A DNA stretch of 64,000 bases from the human T2T-CHM13v2.0 reference genome, Homo sapiens (GCF_009914755.1 NC_060940.1); one strand, 5' to 3'; shown: positions 40,311-56,836, counted from the stretch's first letter. Numbers and translations are program-made. The notes: a model not told the origin generated them from the letters alone.

Positions 40311-40715
<405 letters not shown>

Positions 40716-40982
40716 TCACCAAGGTAACAGTTTTGCAAACATGAACCCAAAGAACAAGAGCTCCTCAGAAAAAGAAACCATATTTTTCTTTGTTCTTGGT
40801 GCCTTAATTAAAATTCGCATCACATAAGGAGGTCAGCTACTGTAGAGAGCCAACTCTGGGAAGCTGCCATGTTTCCACAAAGATGCTGCAAAAGGATGCA
40901 TTCGGAGACCATTAACCTGTACACATGGCACCAAGCTCAGGGCCAGCGTCCAGGCATGAGCAAGTAAAGCCAAATTGTGTAA

Positions 40983-41362
<380 letters not shown>

Positions 41363-41989
41363 TAACCAAAGAATCACCATCTATCTTGGGCTGAGGACTT
41401 TGTGGGTATCTTCTAACCTGATTTAGGTCTTTGAGGTATGGGGAAGAATTGAAATTATCTTGCCTATCCTGTGATGTCAGATCGAGCAGCAGTTTTCCCT
41501 GTTGCTATATAGCCAACAAGAACAGCAATGATGGCTGGGTGTAGTGGCTCACGTCTGCAATCGCAGCACTTTGGGAGGCCAAGGTGGGCAGATCACTTGA
41601 GGTCAGGAGTTTGAAACCAGCCTGGCCAACATGGTAAAACCTCATCTCTACTAAAAATACAAATAAATAAATAAATAAATTAGCTGGGCATGGTGGCGTA
41701 TGCCTGTAATACCAGCTACTCAAGAGGCCGAGGCAGGAGAATCACTTAAACCCAGGAAGCAGAGGTTGCGGTGAGCCGAGATTGTGCCATCACTCCAGCC
41801 TGGGTGACAGAGTGAGACTCTGTCTCAAAAAAAAAAAAAAAAAAAAGAACAGTAGGGATAGCAATAGCCGCTCTTCACTGAGAATTTACTACATAGCGGG
41901 GGCTATGCTAAGATGCTCTTGATATGCATTTTCTCATTTCAGGAAGGGCAGCCCTGTAGGAATGCAAAAGCCACCTATGTCAAGGTCAC

Positions 41990-42250
41990 AGGCTTTTCTG
42001 GGGCAGCTGACATCCAGTGATGCGGTACCTACAGGGATCAAGACCTGGGTATTTCAACCCAACTTGGGACAGCTCCAGAGCTCCCCAGTGGTGGACCGCA
42101 CTGTTGCTGGGCTGCATCACAGCTTGACTTTTCTGCCATCCTGCCTCCTTCCCTCCGTTCCCAGGTGCTGGTCCCAGGGCCCTGTAATAAACACCCTGCA
42201 TATGCAACTCCATCTGAGAGCCTGCTTCCCGGGAGCAACCTACAGCGGCC
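41990..42250 (+). mobile_element. LTR16-like ERVL LTR remnant, copy 1
   Basis: ctgcatcacagcttgactt...aataaacaccctgca...ctgcttcccggga 3' LTR motifs. Confidence 0.65.
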
Positions 42251-42700
42251 ACGCTTAAAATATTAATGCTTAATCCCATAGGTGAATTAAAGTGCTATTG
42301 TTTTTCTAAAGCCGCCAGCTACTGATGGGTGGTCAGACTGGACACCACTCATCTGGGTCACTCATTTTGGCCTCAGAATGCAGAGAACCTTGCTCCAAAC
42401 TTGCCAGCTGTGTGACCTTGGGCAAGTCACAGGTTGATGCTGCAAAAGGGCCAAGGGTGGGGCTAGCACTGAAGATGGGGCTAGCTGTAGCTTCCAGTCC
42501 TTTTCCTAGCTACCGATCCAGTTTGTGTGGACCATGAACCAGTGGGCTTTTCTGACCCTCAGTTTCCTCATCTGTGAAACAGAGATCATTCTATGTGTCT
42601 TGCGGAGGCTTGCGAAGATCAGGAAGGAGGCAAATGTACAGTGCCCAGCCCTGGGCCTGTCACTCTGTAGATTCTCAAGGTTTGTCTGCCCCCAACTCAC

Positions 42701-42879
42701 CACGATGGCCGGTCCCCTGAGTTGTCATGCCACAGCCGGAGGCTCCGCAGTTCTCCCAGGGGGAACAGGGTGGAGAGGAGGAAGGCATCCACTGCTCCTC
42801 GCTCAAAAACCGGAGTGTCGGGATCAGCCAGGTGGTGGGGCTCTCTCTCTCCATCCAGGCCATACAGGGTGACAGTCAC
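42701..42879 (-). CDS. PKD1L2: PKD1L2 exon (PLAT), VTVTLYG...WHDNSGDRPS(W)
   Basis: cag|GTG, TG|gtgag, 179 nt, phase 0-2; contains the FERG and WHDNSG PLAT motifs. Confidence 0.95.
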
Positions 42880-42976
42880 CTGAAATCCAGAGACCAGAAG
42901 TGGCCAACTCCACAGTGGCATAGCAGGGCTGGGTGGGATGTGCTGATTAATCAGTGGATCTTGCATAGGCAGGTAC

Positions 42977-43078
42977 CTTTGAGGACGTGGCTGCCCCTCG
43001 TCGGTGTCCTGTGTAGACTGTCACCAGGTAGTGGTACTGAGCAAAGGGATCATTGTCTTCCAGCACTGTGACCTTCAC
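42977..43078 (-). CDS. PKD1L2: PKD1L2 exon (PLAT start), VKVTVLEDND...TSSK
   Basis: cag|GTG, AAG|gtacc, 102 nt, phase 0-0. Confidence 0.93.
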
Positions 43079-43273
43079 CTGAAGAGAAGGACAGCATTAG
43101 GAAGGCCTTGCTCAGTGGGTTCCTGCATCACCCACCAGCCAAGAAGGAGCTGATGATTTGTGATAATCATGAATTGGGCAAAGCAAAATTACATGTGCCA
43201 TTTATTCATCCCCTCGGGTGAGAACTGTTCTTTATAAAAGCAGGGTTTCAAGTGCAAAACGCTCGGAAAATAA

Positions 43274-43667
<394 letters not shown>

Positions 43668-43797
43668 TGAGAACATTGAATGTTTGACCTGGTGAACCAT
43701 ACATACTCTGTACATGTATAATTTCTCATAACATTTGGAACCAGATGGTGTTTTTGAGGGAATTTAAAAGAAATGAAACGTTAAGATAGTTTAGCGA

Positions 43798-44510
43798 CAA
43801 ATGAACTCATGGAGATAGGAAGTAGAATGATGGTCAGCAGAGGCTGGGAAAGGTAGTGGGGGCGGGAATGGGGGGGAAGATGAGGTGGTTAATGGGTACA
43901 AAATTAGAAAGAATGAGTAAGATGTCTGCCGGGCGCGGTGGCTTACACCTGTAATCCCAGCACTTTGGGAGGCCAAGGCGGGTGGATCCCTTGAGGTTAG
44001 GAGTTACAGACCAGCCTGACCAATGTGGTGAAACCCTGCCTCTACTAAAAACACAAAAATTAGCTGGGCGTGGTGGCTGGCACCTGTAATCCTAGCTACT
44101 CGGGAGGCTGAGGCAGGAGAATTGCTTGAACCCAGGAGGTGGAAGTTGCGTGAGCTGAGATCACGTCGCTGCACTCTAGCCTGTGTGACAGAGCAAGATT
44201 CCAGGTCAAAAAAAAAAAAAAAAAAAGAATGAATAAGATGAATAAGATCTAGTATTTTATACCACAACAGGGTGACTACAGTCAATAATAATTGTACATT
44301 TAAAAATAATTAAAAGAGTATAATCGGATTGTTTGTGACACAAAGGATAAATGCTCGAGGAGATGGATACCCCAATTATCCCAATGTGATTATTACACCC
44401 TGCATGCCTGTATCAAAATGTCCCATATATCTCATATGTATATATACCTATCATGTGCCCATAAGAATTAACAAAAATTTTTAAAGAGTTTGGCAAAAAG
44501 AAAAGAAAAA
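43798..44510 (+). mobile_element. L1MA-type 3' end interrupted by an Alu
   Basis: gaactcatggagata...gtagaatgatgg; aaaggataaatgctcgaggagatggatacccc. Confidence 0.8.
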
Positions 44511-44544
44511 GAAATTAGCCAGAGTTAGCCAGAGTTGGCCAGAG

Positions 44545-44932
44545 GCTATAGTCGACTCTGAATGCGCTGCCCAGATCCCCCTCCCACGCAGGGTTCGTTG
44601 CCTCAGTTAATGGGGTAAAAAATGCAACACCTACCTCTGTTGAAATTGTGCCCCCTTGGGGCAGCCAGCACCCAATGACCAATAGGCGGAGTGTCTGGGT
44701 GTGGTCAAGACCTGGGTATCTCAACCCGACTTGGGACAGCTCCGGTGCTCCCCAGGGTCTGGGCCGGGCTGTCACTGGGCTACATCACAGCTCAGCTTCT
44801 CTCTCTGCGCATGCTGCCTCCTTCCCTCCCTTCCCAGGTGCAGGTCCCAGGCCCCCTTAATAAACACCCTGCACACTCTGCATGCTCACCTTTGCATCGG
44901 AGTCTGCTTCCTGGGAACCAACCTACAGCAGA
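44545..44932 (+). mobile_element. LTR16-like ERVL LTR remnant, copy 2
   Basis: Same motifs as copy 1, with a longer 5' part (gcgctgcccagatccccc). Confidence 0.65.
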
Positions 44933-45212
44933 GGCACTTCAAGTATTAATGCTTAATCTCTTGGGTGAATCAAAGACAGCAGTATCAATGCTGAAACATT
45001 ATCTTATTAAATTTAACCCACATGAAATCCTGAGTGATGTTGCTTCGGGGGAAGGGGTAGGAACGGATAGAGTTTCACAGCTCTGTGACAATGCAACCTT
45101 GCATTCATTCATTACCTCTTCTTCAGATAGCCATAAATATTGGCTGAAGGCCTACTATGTATGTGTCAGGCATACTGCATACATTGGAAAACAATTTTTT
45201 TTTTTGAGATGA

Positions 45213-45311
<99 letters not shown>

Positions 45312-45597
45312 TGAGTAGCTGGGATTACAGGTGCATGCCACCACGCCCAACTAATTTTTGTATTTTTAGTAGAGATGGGGTTTCACCATGTTGGCCAGGC
45401 TGGTCAACTCCTGACCGCAGGTGATCCATCCACCTTGGCCTTCCAAAGTGCTGGGATTACAAGCGTGAGCCACCGCGCCCGGTTGGAAAAAATCTTAAGT
45501 AGACAAATACCCTCTTCTCGTGAAGCCTAATATTATTTGAAAACAATGGAGTTTTCTCCAGGACGGTGTACGCAGCGCCAATGGTTCTCAGCCTCAC

Positions 45598-45828
45598 CTT
45601 GGCCTGATCCTGAGCGTCCTTCCTCCTCGCCCAGATCACCACCAGCACGTAGACCACACACAGGCAGCCCACGGTGGTCACGACCACAGGGTTGTCCTCA
45701 AAGGTGGCAAAGAGCTCAGCAGTCTGGTGGATGTCGATGGCATTGGGCATCACCAGGAACGTGCTTCCGAAGAAAGTGAGGTGGTTGCAGAGGCAGTGTG
45801 TCTGGTAGGGGCTGGTCCGAGGCCCCAC
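45598..45828 (-). CDS. PKD1L2: PKD1L2 exon with GPS cleavage motif CLCNHL/TFF and TM1
   Basis: tag|GTG, AAG|gtgag, 231 nt, phase 0-0. Confidence 0.95.
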
Positions 45829-46012
45829 CTACAACCCATAACGGGGCTGTCAGTGGAGACGCTCGGGAAGCTCAACCCCGGCTCGCTCGAGCCCAGGGGA
45901 GGAGAACGGTGTTCGCTTTGAAGGGTGCACACTCTGCTGGGGTGTGTGGTGGGAAGACCGCTGGGAGACCAGCTTCAAAAGCCCCTTTTGATCTTTTTTT
46001 TTTTTTTTTTGA

Positions 46013-46228
<216 letters not shown>

Positions 46229-47007
46229 TGATCCGCCCGCCTCAGCCTCCTAAAGTGCTGGGATTACAGGAGTGAGCCACTGTGTTTGGCCAATATTTTT
46301 TATTTAATTAAAATATGGAGATAATATTATTTATATTTTTGTGTCCATCATTCTCAGTGGACAACTGTGTATATGTTGCCAGTCTGCTTTCCTTTTTTTT
46401 TCTTTTTCTTCTTCTGAGACGGGATCTCACTCTGTCGGCCAGGCTGGAGTGCAGTGACACAATCTTGGCTCACTGCTGCAACCTCTGCCTGCTGGGTTGA
46501 AGCAATTCTCATGCCTGTGTCCCCCAAGAAGCTGAGATTACAGGCATGCGCCACCACACCCGGTTAATTTGGGTATTTTCAGTAGAGACGGGGTTTCGCC
46601 ATGTTGGCCAGGCAGGTCTCAAACAGGCTGATCTCAAGTGATCTGCTTGCGTCAGCCTCCCAAAGTGCTGGGATTGCAGGCATGTACCACAGTGTGATTC
46701 GCGTCTGCAATCTGAGCTTCTTGGGAGGCTGAAGCACAAGAATTGCTTGAACCCCAGAGGCAGAGGTTGTAGTGAGCTGAGATCACGCCACTGTACTCCA
46801 GCATGGGCGACAGAGACCCTGTCTCAAAAAAATACATATATATGGCAAGTAAATTTGAGATCTCCTTTGTCCCTCTTCCCCTATAGGCAACCAGGATCAC
46901 AAATTTGGCATTCACCCCCGTGGTGCACCTGGTGCTCATTCACAGGACAAATATTTGTGGGGTGCTAATTCTACATCCAGCAACAGGCTAGGTGCTGAGA
47001 GGACACT

Positions 47008-47120
47008 GGTGTGACTAACTCATCCCAGTTTGCCAGGGCCTTTCCTGCTTTTCAAACAGAAAGTCCTGAGTCCCAGGAGCTCCTTCAGTCCTGGGCAACC
47101 CGGGACAGTTGGTCAGCTTA
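47008..47120. mobile_element. MER81-like non-autonomous hAT DNA transposon
   Basis: About 113 bp with degenerate terminal inverted repeats (gtgactaactcatcccagtttgcc ... ggcaacccgggacagttggtcagc). Confidence 0.65.
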
Positions 47121-47295
47121 TGCCGAAAAGCAAAATAACCTGGGGGAACCACAGCAAGAAAAAGAAGAAAAAGAGAAGGACACAGGTTTGAGTCCTAAGC
47201 TGGCATTGTGGCACAAAGAAGGTGTGATGGCACTTACACAGGTGGTGCCTTGTGGTGCAGGACAACATGGCCGGGCAGGAAGGGGACCGGAGTGA

Positions 47296-47619
<324 letters not shown>

Positions 47620-48358
47620 TGAACTCCTGACCTCAAGTGATCCACCCGCCTCGGCCTCCCAAAGTGCTGGGATTACAGGATTGAGCCACCGTGCCTGGCC
47701 CTACATGTAAGATTTGGGACAAGTCAGTTGAGTTTCCTGAGCCTTTGTTTTGTCCCCTGTAAAATGAGAGTCACAGCTGTCTTGGAGATGATTGTGCAGA
47801 TTTGATGAGCCGATGTAAGCAAAGCATGGAGCTCTGCACCTGGCACAGAACTAAGGGCTGAGCTATGAGTTCATTCTCTTGGAAATGACACCCTGGCCTC
47901 CCTTAACAACCTAGAGGCAGCAGGCCTTCCTGAGTCATTCGTCGCCTGGGTCAATGACCATTTGTTCTCAGTGATGAACAAAGCACATTGTTCCTGTTGC
48001 ACTGGGGGCTCCCAGTGCATGGAGGGAGACAGACGTCATTTAAATGATCTCATGCGTAGAGGTGAAATGACCCCTCTGCTTAGCGCTATGGATGAGGAGC
48101 ACTGGGGTTGGATGCTCTGGATGTGTGTGCTCTGGGGGTTCACAATAGGAAATCTGACTTAGGGAGTTAAGAACAGTTTTCTCGAGGAAGCAATGCTTAG
48201 GCTGAAGCGAGGATGAGGCGGGTATCCTAGGCACCAGGAACAGCAAAGGCCCCACGGAGAGGCTCAAGATGCTGTGCCAGAGGCACCAAAAGGGAACCCT
48301 ACATGAGCTGGGCACAGCCCACCAAGCTGCCTCATCTCCTTCACTTCGCTCTCCTTAC

Positions 48359-48552
48359 CTGGCATCCTGAGTCGTCCCAAGTCTCCTGGACCTCATCCCA
48401 GAACACACAGTGAGACAGGAAGGTGGTGATGCCAACCGTGAGGTCCCTGCCGGGGGCTGGCTCCAGGTCAGACTCAGGGACCACAGTCAAATAGTAGACC
48501 CCTTCTCCAAAACGCAGGTCCTGTGGGCTCAGGATCCACGTGGGCAGCTCAT
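48359..48552 (-). CDS. PKD1L2: PKD1L2 exon (GAIN/GPS N-half), DELPTWI...CVFWDEVQETWDDSGCQ
   Basis: cag|AT, CAG|gtaag, 194 nt, phase 1-0. Translated by hand; absent from the ORF track. Confidence 0.93.
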
Positions 48553-48855
48553 CTGTAGGAAACGGGGTTCCAGGTCAGCCTGAAGCCTCCTTGAGATGGG
48601 CGTTAAGATCATGGGAGAGGGTGACTGAGCCACTTGGCAGGGAAGCAGACCCTGCCGGTTTTCCCCCACCCCTGATGTCCTACAAGCACTCTCTCCTCCT
48701 GAGACCAGGAGCATAGAAGAAGGGGCACTCCCCAGTCAGGGTGCACGGCTGACTCAGGCAGACAAGGGCTCAAACACAGATTCTGCCCCTTATTGGCTGT
48801 ATGAGCTCAGACCAGTTCCTTTTCCTTAACCTCTTTGTTCTTATCTGGAAAGTAG

Positions 48856-49074
<219 letters not shown>

Positions 49075-49416
49075 TGAACTCCTGACCTCAAGTGATCTGC
49101 CCGGCTTGGCCTCCCAAAATGCTAGGATTACAGGCGTGAGCCACCACACTTGGCTGAAAGTGGAAATTTCAATAGTTCCCCCTGCCAAGGGTTGTCATGA
49201 GGATTGCAATGAGGTCAGTCCTATATGAGCTTGTAAACTTCTTTGGGGCATATAGTAAGTGCTCACCTAATGTTGGCAAATAGTAACACCAATAAAAAAT
49301 AAGCCACTGAATGTGTGGGGTGGTTTTTTTCTTTGCTTTTCTTCCTGTGGCTTCTGATTTCCAAGTGAAGCTGATCATACCCCAGGCAGCAGCTCAGGAA
49401 ATGGTCACAGGCCTAC

Positions 49417-49639
49417 CTGGAGCCACCATTGGTACGAGGTGAGTTTGGGCATCGTAGCTGCTCTTGTTGGGGTGGTAGCCATAGCCCAGGCTAAGCGTGA
49501 GTGCAATGTCCGGTCTCCAGTGCAGCTGGATCCCCAAGGTTGCCTCCCCTGAAGTCACGTTCACCCACAAAGCTTCAGGACTGGTCAGGTTCAACACGGT
49601 CGGCTGGCTGTGTCTTTGTGAATGCCGGGGCAGCAGGAT
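49417..49639 (-). CDS. PKD1L2: PKD1L2 exon (GAIN), ILLPRHS...PMVAP
   Basis: cag|ATC, G|gtagg, 223 nt, phase 0-1. Confidence 0.92.
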
Positions 49640-49769
49640 CTGTGATCAGAAACAATTCTATTGAAGGTGTGCCAGGAAGGCAATGCCAGCCCGTGGGCAT
49701 CAGGACTGCTGTGTAGAGCTGTGTGGCCTGAGCACCTGGGAACAGAAATCCAGGCCGGGCTTTGCTCAT

Positions 49770-50370
49770 TGTATTAGTTTCCTAAGGCTTCTATCACAAA
49801 TGACCACTGTGGGAAGCTTAAGACAATATACAGTTGTTATCTTTTAGTTCTAAAGGCTGGAAGTGCAAAATCAGTTTCCCAGGGCTAGGGGAGAACATAC
49901 TTCCCTGCCTTTTTCAGCTTCTGGTGGCCGCCTGCATTCCTTGGCTCATGGCCCCTTCCTCGCATTACTCCAGCCTCTTGCTTCTGGCATCAAGTCACCT
50001 TTTTGTCTTCTGGAGTCACCTCCCTTTCTGCCTCCCTTTTCTAAGGACCCCTGGGAAGACGCGGAGCCCACCAGATAACCCAGGATAATCTCCCCAGCTC
50101 AGGATGGGCAAGACTCAAGCACATCTGCAAAATCCCTTTTGCAGTTTTGTTGGGTTTTTGTTTTTAGACAGGGCCTGGCTCTGTTACCCAGGCTGGAGTG
50201 CAATGGCATGACCAAAGCTCACTATAACCTTGAAGTCTCGGGCTCATGTGATCCTCCCACTTTAGCCTCCCAAAGTGATGGGATTACAGGTGTGAGCTAC
50301 CACACCTGACCTCCCTTTTGCATTTAAGGTGACATATTCACAGGCTCCAGGGATGAGAACACAGACATCA
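49770..50370 (-). mobile_element. MLT1 (MaLR) LTR with an Alu fragment inside
   Basis: tgtattagtttcctaaggct start; cagcttctggtggcc...cattccttggctcatggcc. Confidence 0.8.
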
Positions 50371-50489
50371 CTAAAATTGTTATTGAATTAGGCATTGATG
50401 AGAAAATTGTAGAAGACTAGAATAGAATCATTAAAATTTTGAAAAAATGTATTTAGGTTGCACCATGGTATGTTTACGTTTTTGTTTAA

Positions 50490-50636
<147 letters not shown>

Positions 50637-51026
50637 TGAGTAGCTGGGACTACAGGTGCCTGCCATCACGCCCAGCCAGTTTTGTGTTTTTAGTAGAGAC
50701 GGAGTTTTACTGAACACAAATGAGCAAATGCACGAGAAAGTGCTATGCAAACTGTTTTACTGTTGGCCAGGCTGGTCTCAAACTCCTGATCTCAGGTGAT
50801 CGACTCGCCTTAGCCTCCCAAAGTGTTGGGATTGCAGGTGTAAGCCCTTGTGCCCAGCCTAACTGGACATTTTAGAGGCTATGTAGTGGGAATGGTTTAT
50901 GTAACGAAGATAACTAAAATTCCAAACAACAGATTTATATAACCAGGAAAACTCTGGTTATATACCCAAGGATTGGTGAATGAACATGCATTTGTAGTTT
51001 TAAGTTAAGTACAATGATTAAGCTAG

Positions 51027-51239
<213 letters not shown>

Positions 51240-51665
51240 TAGACAGGGTTTCGCCACGGTGGCCGGGATGGTCTTGATCTCCTGACCTTGTGATCCACTC
51301 GCCTCAGCCTCCCAAAGTGCTGGGATTACAGGCATGCGCCAGTGCGCCCAGCCTGTTGCTGTTATTTTTTAAACCAATCTTGGTTCACTGCAGCCTCGAC
51401 CTCCTGGGCTTAAGCAATCCTTCTGCCTCAGCCTCCTGAGTAGCTAGGACCACAGGTGCATGCCATCACACCTGACTAATTTTTGTATTTTTTGTACAGA
51501 TGGTGTTGCACATTGTTGCCGAGGCTGGTCTTGAACTCCTGGTCTCTAGTGATCCTCCCACCTTGATCTCTCAAAGTGCTGGGACTACCAGTCCCAAAGT
51601 GTGAACTACCAGGACCAGCTGGTAAGGATCATTTTGGAAAATTCTCTTCTCTAACCATTTTTTTA

Positions 51666-51851
<186 letters not shown>

Positions 51852-51854
51852 TTA

Positions 51855-52465
<611 letters not shown>

Positions 52466-52730
52466 CTGAAACCAAGAGCAAGGAGTGTTGGCCAAGGCCC
52501 CTGAGAAGCTGGAGGGTGAAAGACAAGGTCCTAAGACTCAAGGAGAAGTAGCCCTGGCGTGTGGGGCGGGTGGGGCCTGCCTTCGGCTGCTGCTGATTCC
52601 CCTGGCATGTTTCCAGCCTCAGGGCTGAGGCCGCAGAGAACCTGCGCTAGAGGACCCATATCAGACTTGCTTGGGCTGAGCAATGACTGGAATGTAAAAC
52701 CATCCAAGTCTTTTTTTTTTTTTTTTTTGA

Positions 52731-52996
<266 letters not shown>

Positions 52997-53376
52997 TAAG
53001 TCTTTAAGAGAAAGATGTTTGCTTTCACTAGAGCTCAGGGAGTACACAGTTAGACGTGCTTTAATTTGCGGATGGAAGAGAGCCTGGGTTGGCCATTTCC
53101 AAGTTATGACACTAAGCTGAAGAGCTTTATTTCCAGTGACTACCTGAATCAAGGCTGTTGGAGAAATTTTGTAGCACAATGGAAAGAGGGTAAATCTGGG
53201 AGCCCAGAGGTGTGGGTCTGAAGGCCGGCAGAGCCACTTACTTGTGGCTTTGGGAAAATCATTGAACCTCACTGGTACAGCGGGCATCATCATACTAAAC
53301 ACAAATAAGGAAATGCACGTGAAAGTGCTCTGCAAACTGTAAAGGCTGTCCCCAAGGACGCTACTACCGTTATTAC

Positions 53377-53503
53377 CTTTATATCCACGGGCTCCTGGCC
53401 GCCCTCCAGAGAGCTGAGGGAGGAGGCAGCGGGCAGCATGAAGGTTGCAGAGTCTGCGGCATCAGGGCGCAGGGAGGAGCCTTGCCAACTCCAGGGTTGT
53501 ATT
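53377..53503 (-). CDS. PKD1L2: PKD1L2 exon, IQPWSWQ...PVDIK
   Basis: cag|A, AAG|gtaat, 127 nt, phase 2-0. Confidence 0.92.
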
Positions 53504-54571
53504 CTGGCCACAAGGTGAGGACAGAGGTGGCAGGGGAGGGAGGAGAAAGTCAGTGTTCGAGGGAGCCCTCACACCTCCTGCACTACTGGGAGCCCAGCTT
53601 CACCATCAGAGTGGGGGTGTGTTTTGATTCCCATAGGTGGTTCAGCATGTTTGTTTCAGCAGAAGCAGCACAAGAGGCAGCTAGACTGGAGGCTCCATGA
53701 GGGTGGGGCTTTGCCAGCCTGGTTTACTACTGTACCCCCAATGTCTACAGCAGCGCCTGGCATATAACAGGTAGTCCATCAGTATTTTCGTTGAATGAAT
53801 AAATGAGCTTGGATGCAGGTTTTTCTCCAGGGTTATCTCCCCTTCCCACCTGGACCTCTGACGTCATGTCTTAACCCCGCCCCATCTTTTCTGGTCTTTG
53901 ACCTTGCCCCTTTCTGATCTTGTTGGGGACCCCACTTCAGATCGTTCCTCTAATCAGGATACTGCTTTGGGAAACTGTCTGTGAGATCTAAGAGGGAAAC
54001 CCTGGCAGGAGGAACTGAGGCTTGGGGCAGAGGGTCCCAGTGTTGCCAGCAGCATTGTCCAGCTCCTGCTTGTCAGGTGGAGGAATGGAAGGTGTGGAGC
54101 ATCCCAGGTATGGCATCAGTGCTCACTGAGAGATGAGCCCTCTGTGTGTGTGTGTGTTTGTGTGTGCGCGCGCACGCCAAAAGTAAGAGGATCTTGAGTC
54201 CCTGCAGGCCCAAGGAGCAGTGGCTGGTCAGACACATGCACAGCATGGTTAACAGCAGGCTAGTCCCATTCATTCAGCCCCCTGGCCTGCACAGCTGCCA
54301 TGTGACCGTCTCTCAGGACTCCTTCAGGTGGATCTAACACTGGGCTTGGCACTCCATGCCTCCCTTCCTGTGCTGTGCAAACACTCAACATGGTGACAAG
54401 GGGGCCTTCTCTCGGTGGGAAGCCCTTCCCAGCTCTAGGTCCCATCACTTCTCTAGCTCCAAGGCTGGTCTCCTGAGCTCTGCCTAGCACAGGGCTTTGG
54501 AGTGCCGGTGTGGAATGAACCAGGTTAGGGGATGAGCTTTCTTGGGGACCTGTAACGCAGCTGGTTTGTAC

Positions 54572-54696
54572 CTGTTTGTGTACACAGAGATGGAGGGGGT
54601 GGCCAGCATGGCTGGAAGGCCCCCTGGCAGTTTTCCCAGCAGGAGGGCGGTCTGCACATGCTCCATGACTCGAAGCAGCCGCAGCACTGTGGCAAT
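54572..54696 (-). CDS. PKD1L2: PKD1L2 exon, IATVLRL...SVYTN(R)
   Basis: cag|ATT, AG|gtaca, 125 nt, phase 0-2. Confidence 0.92.
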
Positions 54697-55279
54697 CTGG
54701 AAAAGGAGGCAGGAAGATGTTGCTATGGACCTGCTGCCATACACCATCTTTGGTTACTGTCACCAGGCCAATGTGGGACCTTCAGGAGGGATCGGGAGAG
54801 TACAGAGAGGAGGGAGTAAGACTGCCTCGGAGGTGGCCCAAGAACAGTACTCATAAAGCTTCCAGACTGGCTTTTGTGAGCCCATTCCATCCTCACAGTA
54901 ACTCGGTGTGGCAGGGGCTTCACTAGCCCCATTGGACAGATGGGGGATGGAGGCACAGAGAGGGTAGGAGGCTGTGGGAGGTCACAAATTGATAAAGGGA
55001 AGAGCCAGGACTCATGGCAAAGCATATGGCTACAGAGCCCCTGTGCTGGGCTGTCAGACAATGTGGCTGTCTGGGCTGCTGACATCTGCCAGCACCCTAA
55101 GGCTTGTTCCAGGGGAAATGGACAGCTGAGAGCGAGGCCATTTCACCAGGTCACCTGGGCTTCGAATCTGCTCCCCACCCATCCCAACCCCCAGATGAGA
55201 TGCATCCTGACACCACGGCTGGTGCGGGGACCCAGGAAGGGCTGGATGTTTGCACATAATTCCTGTTGCGGCACAGATC

Positions 55280-55740
55280 GTGTGGGTGTGAGTGTGTGTG
55301 AGTGTATGTGTGCATGTGCGCACACACGTGAACACACAGTGTGAGGGTGACGTCACTGCATGTGAATGTCAGTGTTTGAGCGTGTGTATGTGTGAGCGAA
55401 TGTGAGTGTGGTCCTGAGCATGTGTGTGGGTACAGTGTTTGAGTGTGTGAGTGTGCACAGGTGACTGCATGATTATGGAGTGTGCAACCATATGTGAGGG
55501 TCTGTGAGTATGTGAGTGCATGTGACTGCATGGCCCTGTGTGAAGATGCGTGTGTGTAAATGTGCATCTGTGTGCAAAAGTGTGTGCTTGAGGCCGTGTG
55601 AGTATGAGGTCCTCTCAGTGTGTGTGTGAGCTTGCACATGAGTGTGAGTGTGGCCATGTGTTTTTGTGTGTGTTTGTGGAGATTGAGTGTGTCTGAGCAT
55701 GTGCGTGTGTGCATCCACGCATCTTTGCGTGTTGTGTGTC
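55280..55740. repeat. Degenerate (TG)n-rich tract
   Basis: Visible periodicity. Confidence 0.9.
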
Positions 55741-56085
55741 TTTCAGTTCTTCCTGAATAGAGGTGATGGCCCCATGTGATCAAGAACCATGCAACAGCAA
55801 GAAATGGGTTTTGTGGCTCTGTCATGATGCCATCTAGGAGGCTATGTCCCCACCAGGATGCTGGGGCCACGTGACACAGTGCTACACCTATTCTTACTCT
55901 GGGCAGCTGCCTCTCTTCTGTGTTCTTGGTAAAATGAGCCACAAGTTTACCCAGACCTGCTAGTGGGTCCATATGATCTCTCCAGTTGGCAGCTTATTTG
56001 GGATGAGGCAGAGTGCCTTGATTTACACATAAGGAAATGAGGCTTAGGTAAGCTCTGTAACTTGCCCAGGTCACAAGCCTCCTAA

Positions 56086-56589
<504 letters not shown>

Positions 56590-56653
56590 TAGAAAAGCTG
56601 ATGTGACTAAGCATTCAGTGTGTGTGAGGTCTGCATCTGGCCTGGACACCCAC

Positions 56654-56836
56654 CTGGCTGCTGCTGGCCTCCGCAGGCTCTTCTGGTCTGTTGCTCAGGG
56701 AAGCTTCCAGCACACTGCCCACAGCCTGAAACAGGTCCCTGGTGGCTGCATGGCACCTCTGGTCCTCAGGGCGGGCCTTGGCACTCACTGTCAACAGGGC
56801 CTCACTGGCATGCTGTAGAGCCAAGCTGGCCTCCCA
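56654..56836 (-). CDS. PKD1L2: PKD1L2 exon, WEASLAL...ASSSQ
   Basis: cag|TGG, CAG|gtggg, 183 nt, phase 0-0. Confidence 0.92.

Noticed and set aside
50936-50964. 11-bp perfect inverted repeat with a 7-nt loop (tatataaccag...ctggttatata)
   Set aside because: AT-rich and short; plausible by chance in 64 kb, with no RNA-gene context.
55151-55972. 273-aa His/Thr-rich ORF, the longest in the track
   Set aside because: Stop-poor (CA)n-rich tract with no splice or domain support.
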